Positions 11,266-23,939 are shown, counted from the first letter of the whole stretch. The stretch is DNA of 63,007 nucleotides, filler included, from Reticulomyxa filosa (GCA_000512085.1; 19 parts of 19 records of this genome joined end to end with filler, not necessarily neighbours in it); one strand, 5' to 3'. Notes: a model not told the origin generated them from the sequence alone. Numbers and translations are program-made.

Positions 11266-12627
11266 ATGATATCACCAGGACGACTTTGTAATTTGTTGTT
11301 AAGAAAAACAACTCCATCCATGACGTGTTTGAAATTTCGCGATTTTTCAGTGAGCACGGTGGAAACACCACAAACAAACAAAAAAAAGAACAAAAGATTA
11401 CTAGCGGAGAAGCGTGCACTAAAAAAGCAGCGAAACGAAGCACTGCTAGAAAAAATTGTAACAAGTTTTACACGGGATAATAGAGATGAGTCAGCAGACT
11501 CGAAGGAGCATTCAAAGTCACAATTGCAACAAAGTCAGCATCAGCATCGACAACGGCACCCACTTCGATTTTCCAGTGCACAATATATAGAGCAGCTCAA
11601 GAAGGGCGAGACAGCAAAAGAAGAAGAAAAAGAAGAAAAAGAAGAAGAAGAAAGGCCAAGAGGTATGAAAAGTCCAGAAAATGCAAGATTTGCACGCGTG
11701 GTGGTATTGGGTACCCCAAATGTGGGTAAGTCGTTATTAGTGAATAAAATATTGAACCATCCAGTGAGCGCGGTAAGTCACAAGGTGAACACAACGAGAC
11801 ATCAAACGTATGGCTGTTTGACCATCAACAATATGCAATTGGAATTTGTGGATACGCCTGGAGTGTTGCCATTGAGTGAGCAAAATGCAGACCTTAACAG
11901 CAATGCGAAGCAGCGTGTCCGGAAATATCAGGAAGAGTTGCAACAGGAAGGATGGAATGCGATATATGACGAGTGTGACGTGTTATTGTTTGTCATCGAT
12001 GGCAATCGCAAATTGCAATGGCAAGACCTATTAATTGCAAAGCAAATACATATTTTGGACAAAATGTTGGCGGATAATAACAAAAGCATTCACAAAATTT
12101 TGGTGATAAATAAATGTGATTTGGTATACCCCCACGACTCCTTGCGGAAACTTGCTTCGCAATTTCATGATGTTTGCACGTTCGATTGCACGTTCATTCT
12201 GTCCAGCAAACTCAATCGTCGCTTGCCCAAGTTGAAAGGCTATTTGCTGTCACTCTTAGCCAATCCACACTCGAACAAGTATGCTCGCCCGTGGAAATAT
12301 GACTCGCATCTACGTACTCCAATCACTCGCGAACACCAAATCTTGGAAATCATTCGTGAAAAAATTTTCCATCGTATCCACCAAGAACTGGCTTATCTTA
12401 TCGAATTGAGATTGGATCGTTTGGTGGATGCCGAAGATGGGTCCTTGCAATTGTTTGTCACAATGACTGTCCCTGCTCATAAACATCTCTCTGTCTTGTT
12501 GTCCGGACGGATCATGGCACATTTGTGCTCGTGGTCTGAACGAGATTTGGAAAGGACCTTTGGCAAAAAAGTTGAGTTGACTCTTGACCCAAAACTCAAA
12601 GTGCGTTCTGCCATTTTCTCTCGCTAA
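11266..12627 (+). CDS. era: Era-family GTPase, probably mitochondrial (ERAL1-like)
   Basis: G1 GTPNVGKS, VSHKVNTTR, G3 DTPG, G4 NKCD and EIIREKIF, followed by a C-terminal KH-like region. N-terminal transit-like peptide. Confidence 0.92.
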   Translation: MISPGRLCNLLLRKTTPSMTCLKFRDFSVSTVETPQTNKKKNKRLLAEKRALKKQRNEALLEKIVTSFTRDNRDESADSKEHSKSQLQQSQHQHRQRHPLRFSSAQYIEQLKKGETAKEEEKEEKEEEERPRGMKSPENARFARVVVLGTPNVGKSLLVNKILNHPVSAVSHKVNTTRHQTYGCLTINNMQLEFVDTPGVLPLSEQNADLNSNAKQRVRKYQEELQQEGWNAIYDECDVLLFVIDGNRKLQWQDLLIAKQIHILDKMLADNNKSIHKILVINKCDLVYPHDSLRKLASQFHDVCTFDCTFILSSKLNRRLPKLKGYLLSLLANPHSNKYARPWKYDSHLRTPITREHQILEIIREKIFHRIHQELAYLIELRLDRLVDAEDGSLQLFVTMTVPAHKHLSVLLSGRIMAHLCSWSERDLERTFGKKVELTLDPKLKVRSAIFSR

Positions 12628-13491
12628 TGCTAAATGCTCAAACTTTACGCCCATCTGAAAAGGACGGAGGAGACTGATTGAAAGGAGGGAGGAAGCTTGT
12701 CTTCTCTTCATTCACACGTGCAATTGATTTTGATTCCAAAAAAAAAAAATGCAAATACACAAATGAACACTTGTGTTTATCATAATACCTCCAAGTATCA
12801 AAAAAAAAAAAGATATGTAATTGCTTATTCGCTCTCACTATTTGTAGCTCACTCTGTTTCTCAATGTTTGAAATTTTACAATATTTCATTCCATATGGAT
12901 CAACTTCCCTTTGTTTTACAAATCTCTTGACAGACAACATTTTAATACTATCTTCAAAGTGCATCTTTTGAATTTATTCACATAACATTTTGTGTATTTG
13001 ATACTTGATTTTCTTGATTGTGACTTCATTATTCACTGATACTGGAAGCAATCATGTGGAAAAAAGTGGCTCGTTAAAATGAAGATTTTCCACATGAAAA
13101 ATTGATACTTAAAAATTCATTTTTTACAAATATGTGCGTATTTAAATATTTCAAAGTCAATAATTTTTTCGAATTTTAAATCAATTTAATGCATTTCTTA
13201 TCTTCTTAAAAAAGAGAACATGAACGAACAATCGAACACCATACTTCTATTTGTGTTTTTATTTTCAAGTTGATGTATTTGATAATAATCTCCGATATGT
13301 AACAATTAATTTTTAAGAGCGTAATACTTGTTGTTCTGAGTCTTGATGTAGTGGATCATGTGTTTGTAAATGACAAATTTTCAGTTTTTGAACAATCGGA
13401 GGTATGCGTAACTGAGAAACACCCTGCTTTTTTTTCTTGAGGCCTTGTCTACACGCCAGTTAAGCAACGTGTCGGATTCTTTAATTGTGGT

Positions 13492-13978
13492 ATGCTCAAA
13501 ACATCTGGACAACGACACCCGTACTCATTTTCATTTTTCCGGTGGATATTATGTCTATTAATAACAGCGGTAGTAGGTATTACACTGTCGTTTTTGTTTA
13601 CCCCTGTGCATATGACAATAATTCATCAAGCGCAATTCAATGATAATATTTACATTAACGTATTTGGAAATGAAAAAGAAAATGGCCACAACGTAGCAAA
13701 AATAATTACTGCAAAAGACGTACTGAATCACCCGACATTGGAGCCAAAAAATGAAAATCCTAAAATTTTGGTCGCCACAAATAAATCACTCCCAAATAAA
13801 AAGTGTGAATTGCATGTGCGCTTTCACAACATTCGAACAGCAAGTATATTTGTCAATGGTTTTGCACAGTATTATTGGAAAGATCACTTTCGTCTTATTG
13901 CTGCACATGACATGTCACGTGAACGTTTGGGTTCTATGAGTGTCGCTATTGCTACATTGAAAAAGTCATCTGCTTCTG
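13492..13978 (+). CDS. N-terminal exon of a type II membrane protein, function unknown
   Basis: One hydrophobic helix near the N-terminus (WILCLLITAVVGITLSFLF). Probable GT donor near 13979; the contig then ends. Confidence 0.45.
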
Positions 13979-15399
13979 GTATGACAATTTCATGTATTAG
14001 TATGGAGAAGAGAGAGTGATCATAATTTTTTTTTTTTTTTGCATCCCAGTCTNNNNNNNNNNNNNNNNNNNNNNNNNNNNNNNNNNNNNNNNNNNNTTAA
14101 TTAATTAANNNNNNNNNNNNNNNNNNNNNNNNNNNNNNNNNNNNNNNNNNNNCAAACATAAAGTGAAAGCACTTCACATTGAAATGATCTAGGTCGCATT
14201 GCTTTGTTGGAAATATATTGCAATCACTGAAAATATTATATATATGTATACATGTATTTGTTTTTTTGATACAATTTAGAAATGAAATCTTTTAACTCAA
14301 TATTTAAGTAGAGTTATGTGCGATCTTTTTGAAGAATATTTATTCAAAATCGAACTTTAAATCAATTGCGGAATGGTTCATTTCTATTTTAACCTTCACA
14401 GAAGCTTCAAATACGTGAGCCACAAAAAAAATCACTTTGATCTGATTCACTTGAATTTATTGGTTTTACTCATCGAACAGATAAGTGGCATTTGCTTAAC
14501 ATTTTTGTAAATCTCTTTATTCCATCACTTCAAATGCTTATTCTGATTCTTGCAACTCTGAGAGAAAACAACAAATTGTAATTCAAATTACTTAGAAAAA
14601 TAATAAATAATTTTTAACTTCAATGAGATTGGAGAGTATATCAATCAAATTGCAATATATCACAATTATCATGTCTTCCACCAAACCAACACCAATTTTC
14701 ATTTCTGAAATGTTCACATACACATCTAACGTGTGATATTGAATACATTACAGAACGAATATCAATCAGATATTTTCACATAAATAATAATGGAGTGTTA
14801 CAACTTTCACTCCCAAAATTAATTGTGTTTCATTTTCATCGATATGCATCTCCTACGGATTTGTTGTGTCAGTTCTCTTCATCTTGTTTATGTGGATGTG
14901 GGTATTTCTTTGTACCGAGACATCATCGCTCTTTCATACGATTCATTACCGCTTCTCGTACTGTTTGAATAGTCTGATTATTGATATACTCTTTCACTTT
15001 TTTGTTCCTATTAATCTTCTCTCTATTCAAACCTAAAACAAATCATTCCACAACGAAAGTGTCCATGTTCACACTGTCTTGGTCGAAATGTATAAATCCA
15101 CATCGATAGTGAGATACAACATTTTTGTTCTTCTATCCCTCATGATACCAATCTTGCAAACTTTTTCTCTTTGATTGTCTTGAATTTGAGTAATGCAGGA
15201 TTGCACGTCACAAGGGAAATTTTCTGCGTCCATTTGAATATCTCCACCAGGTACAATCACAGTAAATTTATCTTTCTTTAATTGTATGTATTGCATATNN
15301 NNNNNNNNNNNNNNNNNNNNNNNNNNNNNNNNNNNNNNNNNNTTAATTAATTAANNNNNNNNNNNNNNNNNNNNNNNNNNNNNNNNNNNNNNNNNNNNT

Positions 15400-15559
15400 A
15401 AACCCTTTTCGTTATTTTTTCGTTTTTTTCCTTTGCTCTTGCGGTGACTTTTTCATCTGTTTTTTCGTATTCGTCTTGAGTTTTTGTTTTGCCACTTTCT
15501 TTTCCTTTTTTTTTTGACGTCTCAGCAGGAGTTTCTTTTTTTCCTGTTTGATTGCCCAT
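15400..15559 (-). CDS. N-terminal exon of a putatively myristoylated protein (fragment)
   Basis: MGNQTGKK N-terminus followed by charged low-complexity sequence; truncated at the contig end. Confidence 0.35.
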
Positions 15560-16576
15560 GATTTAACTTTTTCCACTTAATTTTTTGAAAGACGTAAAAT
15601 TAGCGCGATATTAATCAACTCAAAAATAATAAAATTCAATATCCAAACCGAAAAAATTTTAGTTTTAAAAAGACTCTGAAAAACGTCAAAAAAAACTCTC
15701 TAAAAAACTTGAAGCGTCCCTTCTTCCAAATTTTTCAAAACGATAGAATGTTGAAGAAAAATATGTGAGAACTGTTGCAGTTGTGTTTTTTGTAGATTAA
15801 AGTGGAATTGGATATTCCCTTAATTTTAAAGTTACAAGTAAAATACTGCAATTTACCGTGCCTTTTGAGACAAAGGAAAAGTTGCATTTTGTATCGAAGT
15901 ACAGTTTTATTTCAAAGGTCGTGCCTCTTGCTGGAAACAAAATTACTTTTTATTCAATTTGAGGCCTGTTTGCTTGAAAAATTCGAGTTCATATTTGCTC
16001 CTTTTTTTTTGTGACTGAGGTGCGAAACGAGACTTACAGCAACAGGATTGGAGACTTGTAAGAGAGAAATAGTTGCTTGAATGGAATGAAGTGAGTGATG
16101 CATGACGTTTTTTTCCTTTTGGACAAACAATTGCTTAAGCAACTTTTCTTTTTTAAAAAACGGGGCTGACTTACAGTGGACCAAAATTAAATTTTGAAAT
16201 AATATGCCATAGCAATCAACACAAATTTGTTTTAAAAATTTACGTACAAATATGGATGAAATCATTATCTTTTTAAAAAATTTTGTTTTGATCAACGAAT
16301 ATTCTGCTCTGTCCAACATCAAAATTAAAAAAAGTCTATAGCAATGAGAGTTTGAATGCTGTCCTGTTGACATCTGAGTAATAAAACGTGTGCAATTTTC
16401 CACTATTCAAATATTTATTATCCTTTATGTCTACTGCGTCGATTTTAATGGANNNNNNNNNNNNNNNNNNNNNNNNNNNNNNNNNNNNNNNNNNNNTTAA
16501 TTAATTAANNNNNNNNNNNNNNNNNNNNNNNNNNNNNNNNNNNNNNNNNNNNTTTTTTTTTTTTTTTCCAAAACCG

Positions 16577-17484
16577 GATCTTTGAAAAAATATGTTGTTG
16601 CTACATTCTGCAAACAACTCTAAAGTTTCATGCATTCCATTTCTACTCTCATCTTCAAATAATACACAATTGTAATGATTCAATGCTACCACAAATAGTA
16701 CTGCCGCAACATTTTCAAAAGTATGTATCCACTTTTTTCGTTCATTCCTCTGACCTCCGACATCAGTAACTTTATATGTGATATTTTCTTGTGTGAACGC
16801 ATACTCATCACATCCTATATTGTATTCACAATGTACACACAAATACATATTATTGATTACATTTGTAAAAACTTTTTTTTTAATATAAATAAAATAACCT
16901 GTAGTGCGCACACGCGCTTTGAGGAAATCTTCTTCTGTTGGTAAAAATTTGGGATGAAAAACTTCAGTTGCTTTTTCAAAAAAATAATCCGCATTGTCAG
17001 TATAGGCAAATCGTCCCCTTTTTGCAAAAGTTGCTTGGATTGGCCGCAATTTCCACAAATATGCAAGGGAATCCCCCAAAAATACCAATTCTTCTTCTGA
17101 TGATCCTGATTGTTCTCCATATGTAAATTTGCCTGTTTCCACTATAAGTCGGATATGTTTAGTTGTTTCTTCCGTTTCCTCAATCAAACAATCTGCATTT
17201 TGTTCTTTATTCTCTTCATACAATACGTTTGATCTCATTAATAGCTTCTCCATTACTTCGATCAGCGTTTGTCGTAGTACCCACACTGTTCTCATTGTTG
17301 CAGATGGTTCTGCTATAATCTCTCCTCTGCTGCGCCGCAAACTTTTAAAAACTGTAGATTTTCCACTCGCACCAGTTCCTAACAACAGCAACTTTCGCCC
17401 GTTTTCTACATTTGTCTTTTTTTCTTCCTGTCTTTTTGGTTCAATCTTTTTAGTTTTGAGTAGTTGACTGGTACAACACCCCAT
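16577..17484 (-). CDS. Heterotrimeric G-protein alpha subunit (3'-truncated; intron 16815-16898)
   Basis: MGCC lipidation motif, KLLLLGTGASGKST, DFLKARVRTTG and DVGGQRNERKKWIHTFENVAAVLFVVAL. Confidence 0.93.
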
Positions 17485-19657
17485 TCTTTAGAAAGTATGT
17501 TATTCTGAGGGAAATAAGGAGATTTTTTTTATTATAATTGTATAAAAACTCGACAAGGAAGACGGACAGTTGTGGCGTAGTTTGTTAAAACTTCAAGATT
17601 TATCATACAGATAATGCAATATGCAGAGTTGTAATATGCATGTTAATTAAAAAAACGTAAGCAAGGTAGTATCAATAGTTTAAATAGACGTTATCATTAT
17701 AGTCATGTATTATCAAAATATACAAAAAACTAAAGCATGATGAAAAATAGTTTGATCATATTCACCCAAATGATTTATAAATAATAACATCAAACAGTAG
17801 ATTGAATAATATAAAGACATTTTTTACTTAACTGGAAAATGACATTATTAGCGTTATTACACACATTGCAAATAATGTCTTTTATTGTTCAAAATTCATC
17901 AAATAAAACAACGCAGCAACACTACAACTTGCAACAAATACTAGTGAATTGTACTTGACTCTGGATACTATATATCATTACATAATAATATCATTGGAAA
18001 AAATAAATTAAATTAAAACAATGACTACTTTGTTTGTTTTCAATGTTTTTCTTTTAATCTGAATAGTCCATTTTTGTGTATTTTTGTTTTCGCTTTACAC
18101 TACATATTTTCGGTTAGGCTTAGATCTGTAGAATTTGCTAAAAAAAAATAAAGGACAAAATATTGAAAAAATTAGTAAAGATTTAATAAAAAACAAAAAT
18201 AATATTTAAAAACTACAATATTTGTATATATTTTTAAAAATTATGTCTTTATGTTGTTTTTTCATGAAGAAAATCAGTTGTCTATATAATGTGCCGTTTT
18301 ATTTGTCAACTTTATTTTGCGTTATATGATATTTCTTGCTTACTATCATCATCATACAATTGTCGAATCAAATGAATATCAAAATGATATACTAAATATA
18401 TCGAACAAAATTTTTTATTAATTCTACACTATGATCGTACTTGCCACGTGTTTGAGAATAACATTCAAACTTTTTGTCAATATATTTTTAGATATTTTGA
18501 CAAAAGATTTCTGTGAAATTTCTTCTTCTAAAGTTTTCTAAATCTTTAAACAGTCTCTAATTGAGCAAATTTCGTTTGAACAAAGTTTGCAACAAATATA
18601 AGTCTTGTCGCACACATTCTAGATATGCTTGCCGTTTATACATCATCGCTCCTATTAATAATACCAGCGGAGATTTTCATATATTTTCTTTTTTTATTCT
18701 CTTCGTCTTCAAACATATCTACCCATTCAATCAAGTTTGTCTTTTATGTGCTGATACTATATTGTATGTAGTGTACAATATGTATTAATAATCGAATGTG
18801 GTGTATATATGTCAGTAAATGACGAGAATATTATTGCACAAGGAATTCAATATGTTCGCGATAGATAGCCCGCCTATGACAAGTGACTAAAGAGAAAATG
18901 AAGAATAGTCATTACGTTTGGAAAAGAGCATTTGTCCAGCATGGATTTCTTTGGGAAATCATGTCTGTTTTTAGAATTTATCGTGTGACAGAACACAACC
19001 ACTTTTAGTTTATAGGATTGAAAAAATTGACAATACGGAAAAGCCAGTTTGTCACAAGAGTTGTGCAATTCGATTTAGACAGATCTTTGCTTTTCAAGTG
19101 TTTGCGTGCACGTATGTAGTGAGCAAATAACATATATTATGTATTGTACTAAGTTTGTGTAGTAATTTGATGTTATTTTTTTTAGATTACTTGATTGTAA
19201 TATCAATGTATCGCAGGGATTGATTGGTGAAGTCAAAACCACTTGGAATGCTTTGCGAAAAAATTCAATGTTGAATTAGAAAATAGTAAGAAAAAAAGGG
19301 AAAAAGTGGTCCATCTGAAGTATATAATTTGGATCCAAACCTTTTTTTTCTAGTTTTTAGATTATGCAATTTGAGGAATATTTGTCATTGACTTTAATCG
19401 TCAAATGGTAAATCAAGTCATCAATAAAATAAATTTATGCGTTCATTTTTTTTAATTTTACGAAAATGTAAAAAATGATTCAGAACAACAAGAACATATA
19501 TAATCTTATAATTGAAAAAAATGAACTGAAAAGATTTATTTAAGATAATCAATTGTTTACCTTAAATAAATCATTTTTGAATTGAAGATTATGATTATTG
19601 TAATTGCCATGATTACCATAATTATATGTTCTACCTAAAAAATAAAAAAACTAAATA

Positions 19658-21246
19658 CATTTGCGACAAAAAAAAATTAGCTACTCCTAAAATATGAAAA
19701 TTTTGTGTTTATAACCAAAATTTTAGTAGCAAATTGTGATTATTTTTTCTGGTTTACTAGACATACGTTTACATTTTTATAAGTAGTTTGTAAAAACAAT
19801 AAACAAAAATTTAGAAAAGTTGTTTAAGAAAAAAATTTTCAAAAATGATTACTATCTCCACATCACCTTGAGATATGTAGCAGAATGTATTTGCTTTTTA
19901 CAAAATTATTTACAAGAAGATGCTTCCACAGTAGATATATAATAACTACCGTTACAAACAAATAAAAACAAAAACATCAACAAAAATTCTCAATATTTCG
20001 TATGTCCACCCCTTGCTTTAATCAAAGCTTTTAACTATCAGTCATGGATTCCACTAACGTTCTACAAATATCTTTGTCAATATCTTACTATTTTTCTCAA
20101 ACACCTCCCAAAGCTTATCTAAAAATGTAACAATTGTTTTGGTGGATCTTCATCTTTATAATTCGCCACATATTCTCGATTGGATTGATGTCTGTGCTCT
20201 GCGGAGGATGCTCTAAGATCGCTATTCTATGATTCTCCAAAAATTCCATAGTTGAATTTGACTTGTGACAAGATGAATTGTCTTCATCATTATACTTTTC
20301 TTCGAGACAATATTGACTATAGTTCCATATTTCGTCAGCGAGAATCTCTTTATATAACTCATAGTTAACAGTTCCTGTGATTTTGGCAGCATCACCAAAT
20401 CATAATGTTTCATCCACCACCTTTCAAAGTAAGCTTAGTAGTACGATCAGAAATCATTTAATTAGTCTTCGCCAAATGTATTCTTTTCCGTCAATTCAGA
20501 AACGATTTATTTTCGTTTCATCGGAAAAAATCACTTTTCTCAACTAACTTTTGGTCCATGATTTGTGTTTTTTGGCTAACTATAAACGATGCTTTTTGAT
20601 ATTTATGCGACCATTTAAACAATGTGATTTTAAAATGTTATTTACATTGCTCAAGGAGAACGCTCTTTTATATGTTCGTGCGAGTAGTCGCTGCAAATCT
20701 ACAGCTGTTTGTGCCTCTCCAGAGTAAATTAAGCGAATCTTTATCAGTCCACGTTTTAGGACATCCAGAATATCTTTTGTGTGTAATCGTTCAACTGTTG
20801 ATGATGATGAGGTAAAGTTTTTTGCTTTGTCATGATGTATACTAAACTGCTAGCCAGCATCACGATACGACATTCACGTACGTATTCTTTCAAATAAAAT
20901 TCATTGTTGTATTCCAGACAGCTTATGAGTCATGACTAGAAGCCAAAGAATAACAATAAAAACAAAAAACTTGTTGGAATGTTGAAAAAGAAAAGTTTAT
21001 ATTGAAAATTGTGACCCAACTAAATCAAGTCCAACACGAAAACTACCAACTTCCAATCATTTTTGAAAATTTTTTTCTTAAACAACTTTTCTAAATTTTT
21101 GTTTATTGTTTTTACAAACTACTTATAAAAATGTAAACGTATGTCTAGTAAACCAGAAAAAATAATCACAATTTGCTACTAAAATTTTGGTTATAAACAC
21201 AAAATTTTCATATTTTAGGAGTAGCTAATTTTTTTTGTCGCAAATG
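19658..21246 (-). mobile_element. Tc1/mariner DNA transposon with ~192-bp TIRs, TA target-site duplication and decayed transposase
   Basis: TIRs at 19658-19850 and 21055-21246, flanked by TA at 19656-57 and 21247-48. Minus-strand remnants KKHKSWTKS*LRKVIFSDE (~20520-20575), HPPQSTDINPIENMW (~20167-20212) and KARGGHTKY* (~19990-20020). Confidence 0.95.
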
Positions 21247-21394
21247 TACAGTATGTTGCAAAGAAAACTGAACGCCTAAAACGATANNNNNNNNNNNNNN
21301 NNNNNNNNNNNNNNNNNNNNNNNNNNNNNNTTAATTAATTAANNNNNNNNNNNNNNNNNNNNNNNNNNNNNNNNNNNNNNNNNNNNACCGGGAA

Positions 21395-21469
21395 GAGCCC
21401 GTAGCTCAGCGGTAGAGCATCTGACTTTTAATCAGAGGGTCGTGGGATCGTACCCCACCGGGCTCACCA
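21395..21469 (+). tRNA. tRNA-Lys(TTT), bacterial, with encoded CCA
   Basis: Acceptor stem GAGCCCG/CGGGCTC, D arm GCTC..GAGC, anticodon arm TCTGA-CTTTTAA-TCAGA, T arm GTGGG/CCCAC, 3' ACCA. Confidence 0.93.
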
Positions 21470-21497
21470 CTGGATCCAAGAAGGAGAAGAACGGCTC

Positions 21498-22375
21498 ATG
21501 CCGTCGGTGAAAGTCGTCAACGGCAAGCAGATTGTGGTCGAGAACCTCGGTCCGATCGAGCGCCTCTTCAGCTTCATCGTGAAGCCGTTCGTGCGCATGC
21601 TGCAGCATCGCGACCTGATCGCTGCCATCCTGCGGCGCGAAGTGCGCGAACGCTTCAAGGGATCGATCGCCGGATGGATCTGGGCGATCATTGCGCCCCT
21701 GTTGATGATCGCCGTCTATTCCTTGGTGTTCAGCACGGCCCTGACTCTGCCGCTGCCCGAGAATCTGGCCAAGAGCCAGGCCGGTTATGCCCTATTCATC
21801 TTCGGCGGCCTCATCATCTTCAATTTCTTTCAGAGATGGCATTTCGTGCACCGATGCTGCTGCACGAGTACACCCATTTCATCAAGCAGACGATCTTTCC
21901 CAGCGACATGCTGGCGGTGATCTCGACGCTGCGCGCCACGGCCTATACGCTGATCTCCTTGGGGGTGATGCTGCTGTTCCAATTGGCGGTGATTGGCGAG
22001 CTGCCCGTGACGGTGCTGTTGCTGCCGTTCATTTTCATCCCGTTCATCGCGTTCTTGATCGGCATGTCATGGTTCTTGGCGGCTCTCGGAGCATTCACGC
22101 GCGATGCCGGCTATCTGATGATCACGATCGTGCCTCTTTTCATGTTTGCGACGCCGATTTTCTATCTGCCGTCGATGGTACCGGCGCCCTACGATTTTTG
22201 GATGTATGGCAATGCGCTGGTTTGCTTTGTCGAAATTCTGCGCGACTTGGTGCTGGGGGGCAGATTGCCCAACATGATCCTCTACGGCTGGACATTGTTT
22301 ATTTCTCTGTTCAGCTTCTATTTCGGCTACTGGTTCTTTGACAGGTATCGGAATGTCATCGTCGACGTCCTCTGA
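21498..22375 (+). CDS. wzm: ABC-2 polysaccharide export permease, one frameshift near 21830
   Basis: RREVRERFKGSIAGWIWAIIAPLL..VYSLVF continues, after a frameshift in a T-run, as SEMAFRAPMLL..IKQTIFP..MFATPIFY..RYRNVIVDVL. GC-rich bacterial codon usage. Confidence 0.88.
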
Positions 22376-22572
22376 GATCGTCGTCGAGGCCAAGAACCTC
22401 GGCAAGGCTTTCCAGCTCTATGCTCACCGCAACGACTGGTTGAAGCAGGTCCTGTTCGGCTGGTGGAAGGCGTACTTCAAGCCGTTCTGGGTGCTGCGCG
22501 ACATCAGCCTCGAGGTCAGGAAGGGCGAGAGCATCGGCATCCTGGGGCGCAACGGCTGTGGCAAGTCCACCC
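22353..22572 (+). CDS. wzt: Polysaccharide ABC transporter ATPase (5' part)
   Basis: Overlaps the end of wzm. FWVLRDISLEVRKGESIGILGRNGCGKST contains the Walker A motif. Confidence 0.88.
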
Positions 22573-23470
22573 NNNNNNNNNNNNNNNNNNNNNNNNNNNN
22601 NNNNNNNNNNNNNNNNTTAATTAATTAANNNNNNNNNNNNNNNNNNNNNNNNNNNNNNNNNNNNNNNNNNNNGGCTTGTGAAGGCGATCCGGACGGTCGA
22701 GGCAATGTGTTTTTACACCAATCGGCTATACTGCAAGCCATGATTGGACAAAATACCCAACATGGAATTGGTTCACATCCGATCTAATGGTAAGACAGAC
22801 ACTTCCGAACATGTCTGTCACTAGTAAATCATTTGCTGCTGGTATGCATGGTGGCATTGGGTTGATATTTCAAAGATTATGGAACGACAAAAGATGGATG
22901 TTGATAATAATAACATCAAAAGAAAAACAACAAAAAGGAAAACACCAGATGATGGATTAATAAATGAAGAATGCAAAAGCACTATCATTCAACTTTGCAA
23001 GTTGTGTGTCAAGTTCAAATTCGCAACACAACGACGAAAAGAAAGCTGATGAGAACATGTGGAAAAAGAATATGAAAACTCGACGACAATTCTTTGCTCC
23101 AACGTTCCAATTAAATCCAAAGAACTTCGATCAGCGACATCAGTGATTAAGTTCCTTGAATTAAAGAACAAGAATTTGTTGTCCAGAAAAGCTAGCACAC
23201 ACATTTTCTGGAAATTTCCGTACATTATTTGTTCATTTTGACTTTGACTTGATGATTCTTGTTGTGTTGAAACGACTCGACTTTTCGACGATTTTAAGTT
23301 TAATTGAAGTGATCTCGAGATAATCTTGACACGACGATGATAATATAGATTTATTTTATTTTTTTTTTCATGAGATATAATTTAAATTAGTCTTTGGTCT
23401 TGATTCATTAAAAATCTTGTATGCCAACACAAGATTATGACAATTGAATTGACATGACGCATTGATTGTG

Positions 23471-23815
23471 TCATAAGCAGCCTGGTTCATTACACATTGC
23501 AAGTCTTTGTATCCTTTCCAATCGTCTCTTATGTGTGTCCGCTGCACCATTCCAAAATGCTGATGCATACTCGAGACTCGGACGAATGATAGTCTTGTAT
23601 AATAGATTATATATTGATAAGCTTGGTCTGATACCTTTGTATGAACATAAGTATGTCAAATATCCAAGTTTCCTTACTGCCTTGCCATAGATGTAATTAA
23701 CATGCTTGGAATAAGTCATATGAGAATCAAGAAACAATCCAAGACACTTTACATAATCGCATTCTTTCAGGTTTGATTGCAATGTCAATTGCATCTTTGG
23801 AAATTTCCTCTTGTT
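23471..23815 (-). mobile_element. LINE reverse transcriptase fragment (domain 7/thumb region)
   Basis: VKCLGLFLDSHMTYSKHVNYIYGKA..LLYKTIIRPSLEYASAFW..LERIQR is typical of APE-type (I/Jockey-like) LINE ORF2. Confidence 0.85.
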
Positions 23816-23939
23816 TTGATGTCTGAATCTTCCATTTATTCGACCAAATGGATACTTCATCCAGACTTTGCTGCATGATCGATATTTACAAGTGATGTCA
23901 ATGAAATGAGTGATCAATTGCGATGTCCAAAGTAGATTT

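Noticed and set aside
21249-21500. Transposon-mediated HGT or tRNA-targeted integration of bacterial genes into the eukaryote
   Set aside because: A linker separates the Tc1 contig from the bacterial contig, so there is no physical linkage.
21820-21840. Programmed frameshift or phase variation in wzm (and likewise in mpl and the golgin-like gene)
   Set aside because: Single-base indels in short runs on small contigs are best explained as sequencing error.
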